Assembly (NCBI GenBank): GCA_016186375.1 | Contig: JACPLS010000057.1 | Span: 1-42,655, forward strand | Source: Candidatus Pacearchaeota archaeon | GTDB lineage: Archaea > Nanobdellota > Nanobdellia > Pacearchaeales > GW2011-AR1 | Length of the DNA stretch: 42,655 bases | Reading direction: 5' to 3' | In this document: piece by piece, positions 15,045-25,079 of the stretch | Numbering within the stretch: position 1 is the stretch's first letter | Layout of the letters: the number at the start of each line of letters is the position of its first letter | Position numbers and translations under genes: made by a program | The notes under the pieces: model-generated | The model's database searches: none | Told to the model about the DNA's origin: nothing | What the model saw: only the letters and a program-made list of their open reading frames with translations

Positions 15045-16031
15045 ATGGAAGAAGAACATAAGAAAAATAATCAACCTTCGCAACATCAGTCACAAAACAA
15101 ATCACAGGAACATCATCAGCATCAAAAGTCACCACATCAGACACAAAATAATGTTGATGGTAAAAATCTTTATGACAGAATATATAAATGGCTCTTGATT
15201 TTGCCAGCTATTTTGCTTATATTCTCGATTATATACTTAGTTCAGTTTAACAACAAAAATGGCGATATTATATTCAAAGATGTTTCTTTAACAGGTGGGA
15301 CAACAGTTACAGTGTTCGATGGAAATATAGAAATTGATAAAGTGAAAAATTCACTCAAAGCAGAATTTCCTGATTTAATTGCGAGGGGAATATCTGATAT
15401 TAGGACAGGGAAACAACTCGGTTTTGCATTGGAAACCAAAGCAGAACCTCAAGAAATCAAGACCGCACTAGAAAAATTTCTTAATTACAAATTAACCAAT
15501 GAAAATTCTTCAGTAGAATTTTCTGGATCAACGTTGTCACAAGGATTCTACAAACAATTAAGATTTGCTATTATCTTGGCCTTTGTTCTCATGGCTATAG
15601 TTGTTTTTGTAATTTTCAGAACTCCTGTCCCTAGTGGAGCAGTTATCTTATCCGCTTTCGCAGATATTATAATGAGTTTAGTAGTGATAAATATGAGTGG
15701 TATGCAAATATCTGGGGCAGGAATTGTAGCATTTCTTATGCTTATTGGATATTCAGTTGACACTGATATCCTATTAACAACAAGATTGTTAAGGAATAAG
15801 GAAGGAACAATCAATCAAAGAATTCTCGGAGCCCTCAAAACAGGGCTTACCATGACGCTTACTGCTATAGCAGCTGTTGCTGTATCATTAATTATTATCT
15901 ATTCGCTTTCTGATATTCTAAGGCAAATGTTTACAATTCTTCTTGTTGGATTAGGTTTTGATATCCTTAATACTTGGATTACTAATACAAGCATATTAAA
16001 ATGGTATATGGAGGCAAAGAATATAAGATGA
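15045..16031 (+). CDS. secF: protein-export membrane protein SecF with a His/Gln-rich N-terminal extension
   Basis: The C-terminal six-TM block is typical of SecF (LTMTLTAIAAVAVSLIII etc.). It precedes and overlaps secD, the archaeal secF-secD order. Confidence 0.75.
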   Translation: MEEEHKKNNQPSQHQSQNKSQEHHQHQKSPHQTQNNVDGKNLYDRIYKWLLILPAILLIFSIIYLVQFNNKNGDIIFKDVSLTGGTTVTVFDGNIEIDKVKNSLKAEFPDLIARGISDIRTGKQLGFALETKAEPQEIKTALEKFLNYKLTNENSSVEFSGSTLSQGFYKQLRFAIILAFVLMAIVVFVIFRTPVPSGAVILSAFADIIMSLVVINMSGMQISGAGIVAFLMLIGYSVDTDILLTTRLLRNKEGTINQRILGALKTGLTMTLTAIAAVAVSLIIIYSLSDILRQMFTILLVGLGFDILNTWITNTSILKWYMEAKNIR

Positions 16032-17536
16032 AATTAGGATGGAGAATCTGGCTTTTAATAATAGTGTTGTTATTATCTATATTAGCACTGCGCCCTTCAT
16101 TTGAGTCGGGAGTTATTGTAAAATCTGTCACAAAAAATTCCAGCGCTTTTAATGAAGGATTAAGGTCAGGAGAAATAATAAAATCTATTAACAATCAGAA
16201 AATAGAGAATAGGGAAGATTATGCAAGAATTATTGATGAAATTTTTATTGATAATCAAACAAAAAGAATTGATCTTGTTACTAAAAAAAATTCATACACT
16301 ATATATGCTGAAAATACATTTCCAATTTCTATTGATTCTGTACCAAGAACTAAATTAAAAACAGGACTTGATTTGAGAGGAGGAGCAAGAGCATTAGTCC
16401 AACCAGAAGCAAAAATTACACAAAGCCAATTAGATGATTTAATAGAAACAAGCAGAAATAGATTTAATGTTTATGGCCTTTCTGATATTAAGATTGCAGG
16501 AGTCAGTGATCTTACAGGAGACAAATACATGCTTATTGAAGTTGCTGGCGCAACACCAAATGACCTAGAAGAATTAATAGGCCAGCAAGGAAAGTTCGTG
16601 GCCAAAGTTGGAAATATATCTGTCTTTGAGGGAGGAAAGAAAGATATTAGCGATGTATGTAGAAATGACGCTAGCTGCGCCGGAATATCTCAATGCTCTC
16701 CTGACGGGGCGGGAGGTGAGTTTTGTAATTTCAGATTTACAATATATTTAAGCGAAGAGGCGGCTAAAAGACATGCGTCTATTACCAAAAACATAAGCGT
16801 TGATAACTCTGGTAGATATTTATCTGAAAAACTTTATTTATTTGTCGACGACCAGGAAGTTGATTCTCTTTTGATTAGCGTCGATCTAAGAGGCCAGGAA
16901 ACAACTCAAATATCTATACAAGGATCAGGAAATGGAAAAAATCAAGAAGAAGCGCTTAAAGATGCAAGAGAAAATATGAAAAAATTACAGACAATACTTC
17001 TTACCGGAAGCCTTCCCTATAAACTAAAAATTGTAAAATTGGATACAATCTCTCCTACACTTGGAAAAGAATTTACAAAGTCAATTTTACTTGCAGGACT
17101 TGCCTCAATCATTGTTGTAAGCCTCCTCATTTTCATAAGATACAGAAGAATTAAAGCTTCTCTGGCTCTACTTTTAACGTCATTTTCAGAATTACTTATT
17201 ATTCTCGGAGTTGCATCATTTATTAATTGGAATTTAGATTTACCCAGCATTGCTGGAATTTTGGCTACTATAGGAACTGGCGTTGATAGCCAAATAGTTA
17301 TCCTAGATGAAGCAAGAAAAGGAAGAACAATAAGTATAAAAGAGAGAATAAAAAGAGCTTTGTTCATTATCTTTAGTGCGTATGTAACTGCCCTTGCTTC
17401 ACTTATCCCATTATATTGGGCTGGGGCAGGATTATTCAAAGGCTTCGCAATTACAACTATTATTGGCATTACAGCAGGAGTTTTCATCTCCAGACCTGCG
17501 TTCGCAGAAATGATAAGAAAAATGGAAGAACATTGA
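16028..17536 (+). CDS. secD: protein-export membrane protein SecD
   Basis: It has the GLDLRGGARALVQPE signature, a large periplasmic-type domain and a C-terminal TM bundle. I prefer the ATG at 16028, which overlaps the secF stop (ATGA). The ORF-track start is 16001. Confidence 0.8.
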   Translation: MKLGWRIWLLIIVLLLSILALRPSFESGVIVKSVTKNSSAFNEGLRSGEIIKSINNQKIENREDYARIIDEIFIDNQTKRIDLVTKKNSYTIYAENTFPISIDSVPRTKLKTGLDLRGGARALVQPEAKITQSQLDDLIETSRNRFNVYGLSDIKIAGVSDLTGDKYMLIEVAGATPNDLEELIGQQGKFVAKVGNISVFEGGKKDISDVCRNDASCAGISQCSPDGAGGEFCNFRFTIYLSEEAAKRHASITKNISVDNSGRYLSEKLYLFVDDQEVDSLLISVDLRGQETTQISIQGSGNGKNQEEALKDARENMKKLQTILLTGSLPYKLKIVKLDTISPTLGKEFTKSILLAGLASIIVVSLLIFIRYRRIKASLALLLTSFSELLIILGVASFINWNLDLPSIAGILATIGTGVDSQIVILDEARKGRTISIKERIKRALFIIFSAYVTALASLIPLYWAGAGLFKGFAITTIIGITAGVFISRPAFAEMIRKMEEH

Positions 17537-17616
17537 TTTTAGGGCTATAAAAATAATCTTGAAATAAGATAAATCATCACCACAATATTTATTAAACTTT
17601 CTTTTTCTTTTTTTAT

Positions 17617-17946
17617 ATGTTATATGAAAAAACCTATTCCCCTGAATCTTCAAAAGGAAAAATTAAGACTCCATTTACTTTTTTCCCAACTGATGTATAT
17701 GTCTCGGATGAATCTTTTCAACTAGCTCTTAATATTATTAAAAATGAATACCGAGAAAATTGTATAGTTCATAGAGGGTTATCATCTGGTGAAAACAGAA
17801 TTTATTTAATAAATGGGGGAGTAGTTGAGGTTTTAGATGGAGGAAGAAAGAACTTAAGCGAAAAAGCCCTAAGATTAAAACATGAAAATAAAAATGGGTT
17901 AGAAAGGCTTGCTATACAATTTCAATTATTTTCTTCTTTTAACTGA
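17617..17946 (+). CDS. hypothetical protein
   Basis: 109-aa ORF, no motif recognised. Confidence 0.35.
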   Translation: MLYEKTYSPESSKGKIKTPFTFFPTDVYVSDESFQLALNIIKNEYRENCIVHRGLSSGENRIYLINGGVVEVLDGGRKNLSEKALRLKHENKNGLERLAIQFQLFSSFN

Positions 17947-17991
17947 AGAATAAAAGCTTAGGCTTAAAAACTTCCTTTTCTTTAAAAAAAG

Positions 17992-18429
17992 ATGTTACCA
18001 AGATGGCACATTTTGTTCGGCGCATTATTCACTTTTATTATTTGGCTCTATGCACCAGAAACTGCTATTCTAAATCTCGGATTAATTTTCTTTGCTTCAT
18101 TTATCATTGACCTTGATCATTATATTTGTGGAGCTATGAGAACTCATTCATTTCACTTTGGAAAAATATTTTATTATCACAATGAAATGGGAATAAAACA
18201 ACATAAAGAAAGAGAAAAAGGTATTAGAAAAAGAGGAGACTTTCATTTTTTCCACACAATAGAGTTTCATATCTTAATAGCGATCCTCTCTTTCTTTTCA
18301 ATCTCATTTTTCTATTTTTTTATCGGCATGGCTTTTCACTCTCTTCTTGATTTATTCTGGCTCTTGCGTCATGATTTTCTCTATCGCAGAGAATATTTTT
18401 TCTTTAATTGGCTTAGAAAAAGGGTATGA
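17992..18429 (+). CDS. membrane protein, possibly DUF457/YdjM-like membrane-bound metal-dependent hydrolase
   Basis: It has hydrophobic helices with conserved His residues and an IIDLDHY motif. The family assignment is recalled from memory. Confidence 0.4.
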   Translation: MLPRWHILFGALFTFIIWLYAPETAILNLGLIFFASFIIDLDHYICGAMRTHSFHFGKIFYYHNEMGIKQHKEREKGIRKRGDFHFFHTIEFHILIAILSFFSISFFYFFIGMAFHSLLDLFWLLRHDFLYRREYFFFNWLRKRV

Positions 18430-18525
18430 TTTTTATTTTTGTGTAAGGAATTATTAGACGTGAAGCCAGAACGAAAGATTTAGATATCTTGGATTCAATA
18501 TAAGGAATTAGGAGTAAATTTAATT

Positions 18526-18651
18526 ATGATAGAAATAAAGCCAGTTGGAGACGAATTAGATGATTTATTTAAAAATGCAAAGAATATAAAGCCAAAGCAT
18601 AAACTAAATGTTAAGCAAATGGAAGAATTAAATGATGGTCTGTTCAAATGA
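18526..18651 (+). CDS. 41-aa candidate antitoxin (VapB position)
   Basis: The small ORF MIEIKPVGDELDDLFKNAK... has a stop that overlaps the ATG of the PIN gene (ATGA at 18648-18651). It is below the ORF-track size cut-off. Confidence 0.35.
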   Translation: MIEIKPVGDELDDLFKNAKNIKPKHKLNVKQMEELNDGLFK

Positions 18652-19102
18652 GGTTTATTGATAGCAATATTCTTGCTTATGCATTTTATGAAAATGAAAA
18701 CAGAGAGAAATGTCAGAATTTTATAAAAGAAGGTGGAATAATTAACACAGTTAATCTAATAGAATCATTCAATTTGAGACAAATCAAGAATATGCTAGGA
18801 AATCAATAAAATCTTTATTATAGACAATTTGGTTGATTAAGTTACTTGTTTTTTTAATTTGTTTATTGGAGATTTAGGAACAAAATGTAACATAATTATC
18901 CTAAATCTCCATAAAATCAAATTTGAAAATTATAAATGTGGATGTTAATCTTGCTTTTGAAGCACTTATAAGATCAAAAAAATATGATAAATTAAAGTTT
19001 ATTGATTTAATACATTATATGACTGCTTTATTGAATAATTGTGATGAGATAATAAGTTTTGATACAGATTTTAACGGCTTAGAAATAAAACGTGTTTCTT
19101 AA
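18648..19102 (+). pseudogene. vapC: PIN-domain (VapC-like) toxin gene disrupted by hairpin element A
   Basis: The N-terminal part MRFIDSNILAYAF...NLIESFN runs 18648-18806 and stops at 18807-18809. The C-terminal part IINVDVNLAFEAL...FIDLIHYMTALL...IISFDTDF is in another frame, open from 18905 with its stop at 19100-19102. Together they give the PIN acidic residues. Confidence 0.6.
18815..18915 (+). repeat. hairpin element A, copy 2, inserted in vapC
   Basis: A 13-bp stem pairs 18867-18879 with 18899-18911 around a 19-nt loop, ACAAAATGTAACATAATTA. The left flank TTATAGACAATT..GTTGATT is shared with copy 1. The first hairpin is degenerate here. Confidence 0.6.
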
Positions 19103-19129
19103 TGATCTAAAAGTCATTAAATAAATGAA

Positions 19130-19420
19130 CTAGAAAAAACTCACCACTCCCTTCGCAAGTAAGAAAAAAGCGGGAATCCATAATAATACTATGGGTAAAG
19201 TTAAGAATATTGATAAAAATAGAAATAAAGCAGAAATTAAGTCAATAAAACTTAAAACATCTCCTCCGAGTAGAAAAAGGCTTTTTAAAAATAATAAAAC
19301 CCCGCAAAAAATCAAAAAAGCAACAGGAGGAACCATGCCAAAAACAAGCATTAAAAACACAAATGCAGAAGCTAAGTCAATAACTCCTAAAATACGGACT
19401 AAAACATTGTTTGCTGCCAT
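19130..19420 (-). CDS. small membrane protein (3 TM)
   Basis: 96-aa ORF, almost entirely hydrophobic helices. Confidence 0.5.
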   Translation of the reverse strand: MAANNVLVRILGVIDLASAFVFLMLVFGMVPPVAFLIFCGVLLFLKSLFLLGGDVLSFIDLISALFLFLSIFLTLPIVLLWIPAFFLLAKGVVSFF

Positions 19421-19606
19421 GATTTTACTCGATAATAATAATTAATAAGTATTGCGGTGTTTGATTTCAAGTTTAATCAGAATTTCAATAATTTATCTTT
19501 AACCCGAGAGTAATATTTAATAGGCAAATTTTATCTAGAACTTAATGAATGTTTAAGACTATTATAAAAAAACAACATTTAAAAATCAACCGCCACAGGA
19601 ATTAAT

Positions 19607-20587
19607 ATGGTAAATATGAGAAATTCAAATAAAAAAAATGGAAGATTACTTAGTATAGTAATTCCTCTCTATAACGAAGAAGAAAACGTATTACAGTTAT
19701 TTAAGGAAATAAGTTATAATTCCCGCGCGCTCGTAGTTCAAGGTCTCGTTACTGATTACGAAATAATCTTTATTAATGACGGAAGCAGAGATAATACACA
19801 AAAAAACCTAATTGAAGTTAAAAAAATATCAAAAAATAAAGTGAGAATTATTGAATTTAGGAAGAATTTCGGCCAAACAGCTGCATTAAAAGCAGGTTTT
19901 GTAGAATCGAAAGGGGATATTATTATTACAATGGACGGAGATTTGCAAAATGACCCTGCCGATATGAAAAATATCATTAAGAAACTTGATGAAGGATATG
20001 ATGTAGTTTCAGGATGGAGATGGCAAAGGCACGATCCAGCAAAAAAATTACTCGTTTCAAGAATTATGAATCGTATAAGAAGAAAACTGATAGGTGATAA
20101 ATTACACGATTATGGATGCTCCTTAAAAATATATAGAAGAGATTGCATAAAAGACCTACAATTATTTGGGGAATTACACAGGTACATTACAGCTTATTTA
20201 TTTATCAAAGGATACAAGATTGCCGAAATTAAGGTAAATCACCGTCCAAGAAAAGCAGGAATTACAAAATATAAAAATATTGGCAGAGGCATAAACGGGC
20301 TATTAGATCTCTTCTTCTTAAAATTTTGGGCTAGTTTCTCTGACAGACCATTACATTTCTTTGGAAGAATAGGCATTTACCAATGGGCCATTGCAATACT
20401 AATAACAATAGAACAAATTATCAAATTTATTTTTGTTGGAAAGTTAACCTTTGGTCCTTTTATGGCCCTAGCATTATTATTGGTAATCACCGGCCTTTTG
20501 TTCATTATCTTTGGATTTTTGTCAGAAATGATTACGAGAATTTATTTCAAAGATGAAACTACTTATTCTATTAAGGAGATTATATAA
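19607..20587 (+). CDS. family-2 glycosyltransferase, polyprenyl/dolichyl-phosphate sugar synthase-like (GtrB/DPM1-like) with C-terminal TM helices
   Basis: It has LSIVIPLYNEEENV, DGSRDNT and a DGDLQNDP (DxD) motif, plus two C-terminal TM helices. Confidence 0.8.
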   Translation: MVNMRNSNKKNGRLLSIVIPLYNEEENVLQLFKEISYNSRALVVQGLVTDYEIIFINDGSRDNTQKNLIEVKKISKNKVRIIEFRKNFGQTAALKAGFVESKGDIIITMDGDLQNDPADMKNIIKKLDEGYDVVSGWRWQRHDPAKKLLVSRIMNRIRRKLIGDKLHDYGCSLKIYRRDCIKDLQLFGELHRYITAYLFIKGYKIAEIKVNHRPRKAGITKYKNIGRGINGLLDLFFLKFWASFSDRPLHFFGRIGIYQWAIAILITIEQIIKFIFVGKLTFGPFMALALLLVITGLLFIIFGFLSEMITRIYFKDETTYSIKEII

Positions 20588-20693
20588 TCTATCCTATGAA
20601 AAAATAGAAATATAAAAAGGCTACATTTATAACATATTTAGAATAGAGAATTTTTAATTATGGTGCTTCTTATCAATAAACTAATCTAATCGT

Positions 20694-20966
20694 TTATAAT
20701 TCAAACCTTGGGCTATGGCTATTAAATCTAAGAGGTTCCAAAGTAATTGGAATTTGTGGGTTTTGGCTTTTAATATAATCTCTAACCAATCCATAAGCTT
20801 GGTCACTTAAATCTTGCTCTTGTAATTGGGGAATCCTTTGACTAGAGTATACTCTCGCTTCTACTCCATAATGTAGTTGTACCGCCTCAAGAAAAGAATC
20901 TCTGGAAACATTAAGCTTAGATAATCTTTTAATCAACTCATCTGTAGAAACAAATTTAACTCCCAT
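20694..20966 (-). CDS. hypothetical protein
   Basis: 90-aa ORF, no motif recognised. Confidence 0.35.
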   Translation of the reverse strand: MGVKFVSTDELIKRLSKLNVSRDSFLEAVQLHYGVEARVYSSQRIPQLQEQDLSDQAYGLVRDYIKSQNPQIPITLEPLRFNSHSPRFEL

Positions 20967-21096
20967 AATAAAATTAGATAATGGGAATATATAAAGATTA
21001 CTATTAATGAAAAATCTTTTTTCCTAATAAGACTAATCGACAGAAGAGTTTAAAAAGCAATTTTTCTAGGGATGTTAATAAAACAGGAAATACGAA

Positions 21097-21519
21097 ATGG
21101 GATTAATGAATGCTCGAAAAATGATGAAAAAACAGAGAAAATTTAAATGGAGTCAGCGCTCTTACAAAGTTAGGATGCTTGGGCTTAGAGAAAAAGCAGA
21201 TCCTTTAGAAGGAGCTTCACAGGCAAAAGGCATAGTTATTTCCAAGTTTCAAAAAGAAGCTAGGCAGCCAAATTCTGCAATGAGAAAATGCTGCAAAGTC
21301 CAGTTGATTAAGAATGGAATTCAGGTTGGTGCATTCATTCCAAGAAATTTGGCACAAAAATTCATTGATGAACATGATGAGGTATTGATAGAAAGAATTG
21401 GTGGGAGAATGGGAAGGTCAAAAGGAGATATTCCTGGAATTAGATTTCAAGTAATTAAAGTAAATGAACAACCCTTGCATTTATTAGTCAAGGGCAAGAT
21501 TGAAAAAGGAAGGAGATAA
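21097..21519 (+). CDS. rps12: 30S ribosomal protein uS12 (archaeal/eukaryal S23e type)
   Basis: It has [31 protein letters not shown] and [31 protein letters not shown]. Confidence 0.9.
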   Translation: MGLMNARKMMKKQRKFKWSQRSYKVRMLGLREKADPLEGASQAKGIVISKFQKEARQPNSAMRKCCKVQLIKNGIQVGAFIPRNLAQKFIDEHDEVLIERIGGRMGRSKGDIPGIRFQVIKVNEQPLHLLVKGKIEKGRR

Positions 21520-21520
21520 A

Positions 21521-21961
21521 ATGTCCGCACATGAAATTGCTCAATGGATAGAAGATAACTATGAGGACTATAAATCCTTGAGAAAGCTCAAAGCATGGCC
21601 CGTCTTTGCAAGAAGAAGATACCAAATATCTTTGGCTCGCGAAAAAGGATCAGTAGATAATAACATTGCCAAGTTATTAAAAGCTTCTTCCACAGTTGAA
21701 TTCCATGCCACATGCGGTGTTGAATTAGTTGACGAAGGATATTTTTCATTAGCACAAAAACAAATAAGAGAAGCTTTAATAAATTATGTTAAACTAGAAA
21801 AAAATTTATTAAGTCCAAAATATCCTGGAGATTTTAGCAGAAGATTTTTAGACACTTGTAAAAGATTTATAGAAGAAAGCGTAAGTCATTTCAACTTAGT
21901 AATGAATAGAAAATTATCTTCACTAAATTCAGGAATTGAAGGAAAAACTTATAGAGTATAA
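21521..21961 (+). CDS. hypothetical 146-aa protein inserted between rps12 and rps7
   Basis: The ATG lies 1 nt after the rps12 stop and is preceded by AGGAGA. The stop lies 1 nt before the rps7 ATG. No family recognised. Confidence 0.5.
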   Translation: MSAHEIAQWIEDNYEDYKSLRKLKAWPVFARRRYQISLAREKGSVDNNIAKLLKASSTVEFHATCGVELVDEGYFSLAQKQIREALINYVKLEKNLLSPKYPGDFSRRFLDTCKRFIEESVSHFNLVMNRKLSSLNSGIEGKTYRV

Positions 21962-21962
21962 A

Positions 21963-22589
21963 ATGACAACAGAAAACCGAGATATAAAGCCAATTGAAGA
22001 ATTTAAAGTATTCGACCAGTATGACGTCTCACAGATAGCTGTAAAAGATCCTGCTTTAAAGCCCCACATAAATTTAACTCCAAAATTGCTTATAAAATCT
22101 TTTGGAAGGAGGAAAGAAAAATTTTCAATAATGAAAGTAAATATCCTGGAAAGGCTGGCAAACCGACTAGCAGTTCCAGGTCATATTGGAAAAAAACACA
22201 AAATTATAACTTCATGGAGTTCTGGGAAATACAATAAAAATATGAAGATTATTATTAATGTACTTGCCTTGATAGAAAAAAATACGGGAAAAAATCCTAT
22301 CCAGGTTTTAGTTGATGCGATTGAAAATTGTTCTCCTAGAGATGAAATTACTGTGATTGAATCTGCAGGAGCTAGATATCCACAAGCTGTTGACTGTTCT
22401 CCTTCAAGAAGAGTCAATTTAGCAATACGCTGGCTTGTACAAGGAGCATATACAAAATCGTTTGGAAAGAAAAACAAAATGATAACTACATTAGCTAATG
22501 AAATAATCTTGGCCTCAAAAGGCAGCATGGACAGTTACTCTTTGGTCAAGAAAAATGAAGCTGAAAAACAAGCAGATGCTGCGAGATAA
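21963..22589 (+). CDS. rps7: 30S ribosomal protein uS7 (archaeal S5e type)
   Basis: It has NPIQVLVDAIENCSPRDE and ARYPQAVDCSPSRRVNLAIRWLV. I prefer the start at the ATG directly after the preceding stop. The ORF-track start is 21936. Confidence 0.85.
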   Translation: MTTENRDIKPIEEFKVFDQYDVSQIAVKDPALKPHINLTPKLLIKSFGRRKEKFSIMKVNILERLANRLAVPGHIGKKHKIITSWSSGKYNKNMKIIINVLALIEKNTGKNPIQVLVDAIENCSPRDEITVIESAGARYPQAVDCSPSRRVNLAIRWLVQGAYTKSFGKKNKMITTLANEIILASKGSMDSYSLVKKNEAEKQADAAR

Positions 22590-22780
22590 TATTTATAAAC
22601 ATATTAAATAGATTTCTATTTCAATTTCAGAGCACCTAGTAAAGCTTTAAAAAGCCTCTTTATTATTTCTCTTTATTCTCAATTTTTATTAATTAGAAAA
22701 TGAGATTTGACAGAAGATAAAATTGTTAAAAATAAACTTCATAAAAGTTTAACAAAGTAAAAATTATAATAAGGAATAAA

Positions 22781-24970
22781 ATGGTAGAAAAAGAATCAAG
22801 CATACAAAAAATAACAAGATTGACAGGAAAACAAGAAGGAATAAGAAATGTAGCAACTAGCGCGCATATTCATCATGGAAAAACAGCCTTCACAGATGTA
22901 TTACTAGCAGCTGCTGGATTAATGTCAGAAAAGGCAGCAGGTGATTTAGAAGAGGGCATGACAACATGGCAACATTCTGACGAACAGGAACGATTAATGA
23001 CTGTTGACTCTGCAAATGTTTCAATGGTGCATGATTTTCATGGGAAAGAATACCTAATTAACTTAATAGACACTCCAGGTCACGTTGATTTTGGAGGAAA
23101 TGTCACAAGAGCAATGATGGCTATTGACGGAACTTTTGTTCTTGTTTGTGCCGTCGAAGGAATTATGCCTCAAACTGAAACTGTATTAAAACAAGCTCTT
23201 CGAGAAAGAGTAAAGCCAGTCTTATTCATAAATAAAGTTGACAGGCTTATTAAAGAATTAAAGTTAACTCCTGAACAAATGCAAGCAAAATTTGTTAAGC
23301 TTATTGGTGAATTTAACAATTTAATTATGCAAATTGCAGAGCCAGAATACAAAGAAAAATGGAAAGTTAATGTTCAGGATGGAAGTGTTGCTTTTGGTTC
23401 TGCTAGGGAAAACTGGGCATTATCAATTCCATTTATGAAAAAGGGAGATATAAGTTTTAAAGATATTTATAAAATCTATGAATTGAGTGAAGAAGATAGA
23501 AAAAAATGGGTGTGGAAAAATGCCCCTCTTAATGAAGTTGTTCTTGATATGGCAGTAAAGCATCTGCCAAATCCTCTCGAAGCGCAAAAATATAGAATTC
23601 CTAAAATATGGAGGGGAGATATAGAAAGTACATTTGGCCAGGATTTATTAAAATGCAATAAAAGCGGTGAGGTAGCTTTTGTTATTACAAAAATTGTCAT
23701 TGACCCAAGAAGTGGAAAAGAAATTTCAGCAGGTAGACTATATTCAGGAACTATTGTAAACGGGTCTGAAGTTTACTCTAATATGAATAAGAAGAAATAT
23801 CGGCTTCAGCAAGTTCTCGTTTACAATGGAATAAAACCAGAACAAATGGAATCTGTTCCATCCGGTAATGTTTTGGCAATTTCAGGATTGAATTGTGATG
23901 TCGGAGACACAATTACTATAAATGAACAAACTCCTTTTGAAGAAATTAAGCATATTTTCCAACCAGTAATCACCAAATCAATAGAAGTACTAAGGTCTGC
24001 TGATTTACCAAAATTAATTGAAGTATTAAGAAAAGTCGCAAAAGAAGACCCTAGCATAAAAATAGAGATTAATGAAGAGACAGGAGAAAACCTTATGTCT
24101 GGCATGGGAGAATTACATCTTGAAATTATAGAAGGAAGAATAAAAACAGAAAAAGGCCTGGAAGTAAAAATGGGATCACCCATAGTAGTTTATAGAGAAA
24201 GTATTGCAAAAACAAGTCCTGAAGTTGAAGTCAGGACTCCAAATGGTCATAACATTTTTTTCTTTAGTATGGAGCCATTAGAAAACGAAGTCTATGATGC
24301 AATTGAGAGAGGTGAAATACCAGAAATGAGGCTAAAGAAGAAAGCTGAAGAAATGTGGAAAAAACTTTCTTCCCTCGGTATTAGCAATGAAGAAGCAAGG
24401 CAATATCAGGAAATTTATAAAGGCAATGTTTTCCAAGATCGAACTAGAGGTATTGTTCTGCTTCCAGAAGTAATAGAATCAATTATTGATGGATGGAGAT
24501 TAGTAGTCGACGGCGGGCCATTAGCAAAAGAGCCTTTGATGAAAACTAAATTAATATTACATGATGCCAAATTACATGTTGACCACATGCACAGAGGTCC
24601 TGCTCAAATTTATCCTGCAGTTAGGCTAGGTATGTTTGATTCTGTACGTAAAGGAGGAGCAATTGTGCTTGAACCTATTCAAACACATTTAATCGAAGTA
24701 CCTGTTGATTTTATGGGGGCTGTGACTTCTTTAATCGGGTCAAAACGAGGTGTATTAATAGACGTTCAACAAGAAGGTAATGACACTTTCATAAAAGCCA
24801 AGATTCCAGTTGCAGAAATGATTGGATGGAGTAATGACCTTCGCTCTTCAACGGAAGGAAGGGGTGTAAGCAGTTTAATGGACCAGGAATTCCAAAAGAT
24901 GCCCTTAGAATTACAGGCCGATGTTATAAGAAAGATCAGGCAGAGAAAAGGTCTGGCAGAAAATCAGTAA
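22781..24970 (+). CDS. fusA: translation elongation factor aEF-2
   Basis: The G-domain motifs AHIHHGKT, DTPGHVDF and NKVD are present, as is the diphthamide loop HVDHMHRGPAQ. Length is 729 aa. Confidence 0.95.
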   Translation: MVEKESSIQKITRLTGKQEGIRNVATSAHIHHGKTAFTDVLLAAAGLMSEKAAGDLEEGMTTWQHSDEQERLMTVDSANVSMVHDFHGKEYLINLIDTPGHVDFGGNVTRAMMAIDGTFVLVCAVEGIMPQTETVLKQALRERVKPVLFINKVDRLIKELKLTPEQMQAKFVKLIGEFNNLIMQIAEPEYKEKWKVNVQDGSVAFGSARENWALSIPFMKKGDISFKDIYKIYELSEEDRKKWVWKNAPLNEVVLDMAVKHLPNPLEAQKYRIPKIWRGDIESTFGQDLLKCNKSGEVAFVITKIVIDPRSGKEISAGRLYSGTIVNGSEVYSNMNKKKYRLQQVLVYNGIKPEQMESVPSGNVLAISGLNCDVGDTITINEQTPFEEIKHIFQPVITKSIEVLRSADLPKLIEVLRKVAKEDPSIKIEINEETGENLMSGMGELHLEIIEGRIKTEKGLEVKMGSPIVVYRESIAKTSPEVEVRTPNGHNIFFFSMEPLENEVYDAIERGEIPEMRLKKKAEEMWKKLSSLGISNEEARQYQEIYKGNVFQDRTRGIVLLPEVIESIIDGWRLVVDGGPLAKEPLMKTKLILHDAKLHVDHMHRGPAQIYPAVRLGMFDSVRKGGAIVLEPIQTHLIEVPVDFMGAVTSLIGSKRGVLIDVQQEGNDTFIKAKIPVAEMIGWSNDLRSSTEGRGVSSLMDQEFQKMPLELQADVIRKIRQRKGLAENQ

Positions 24971-25079
24971 TTTATCATTTTATAGGTCCTTCACAAAATG
25001 CTAATTTTAACATAGATAGATATATTTATATAGTAACATTATATTATATAAGTAATAAATTAGAACTCTTAGTAATAAA

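Noticed and set aside
16001-16027. Upstream start for secD given by the ORF track (MVYGGKEYK...).
   Set aside because: The ATG at 16028 overlaps the secF stop (ATGA) and directly precedes the first TM helix. The extra 9 codons lie inside secF.
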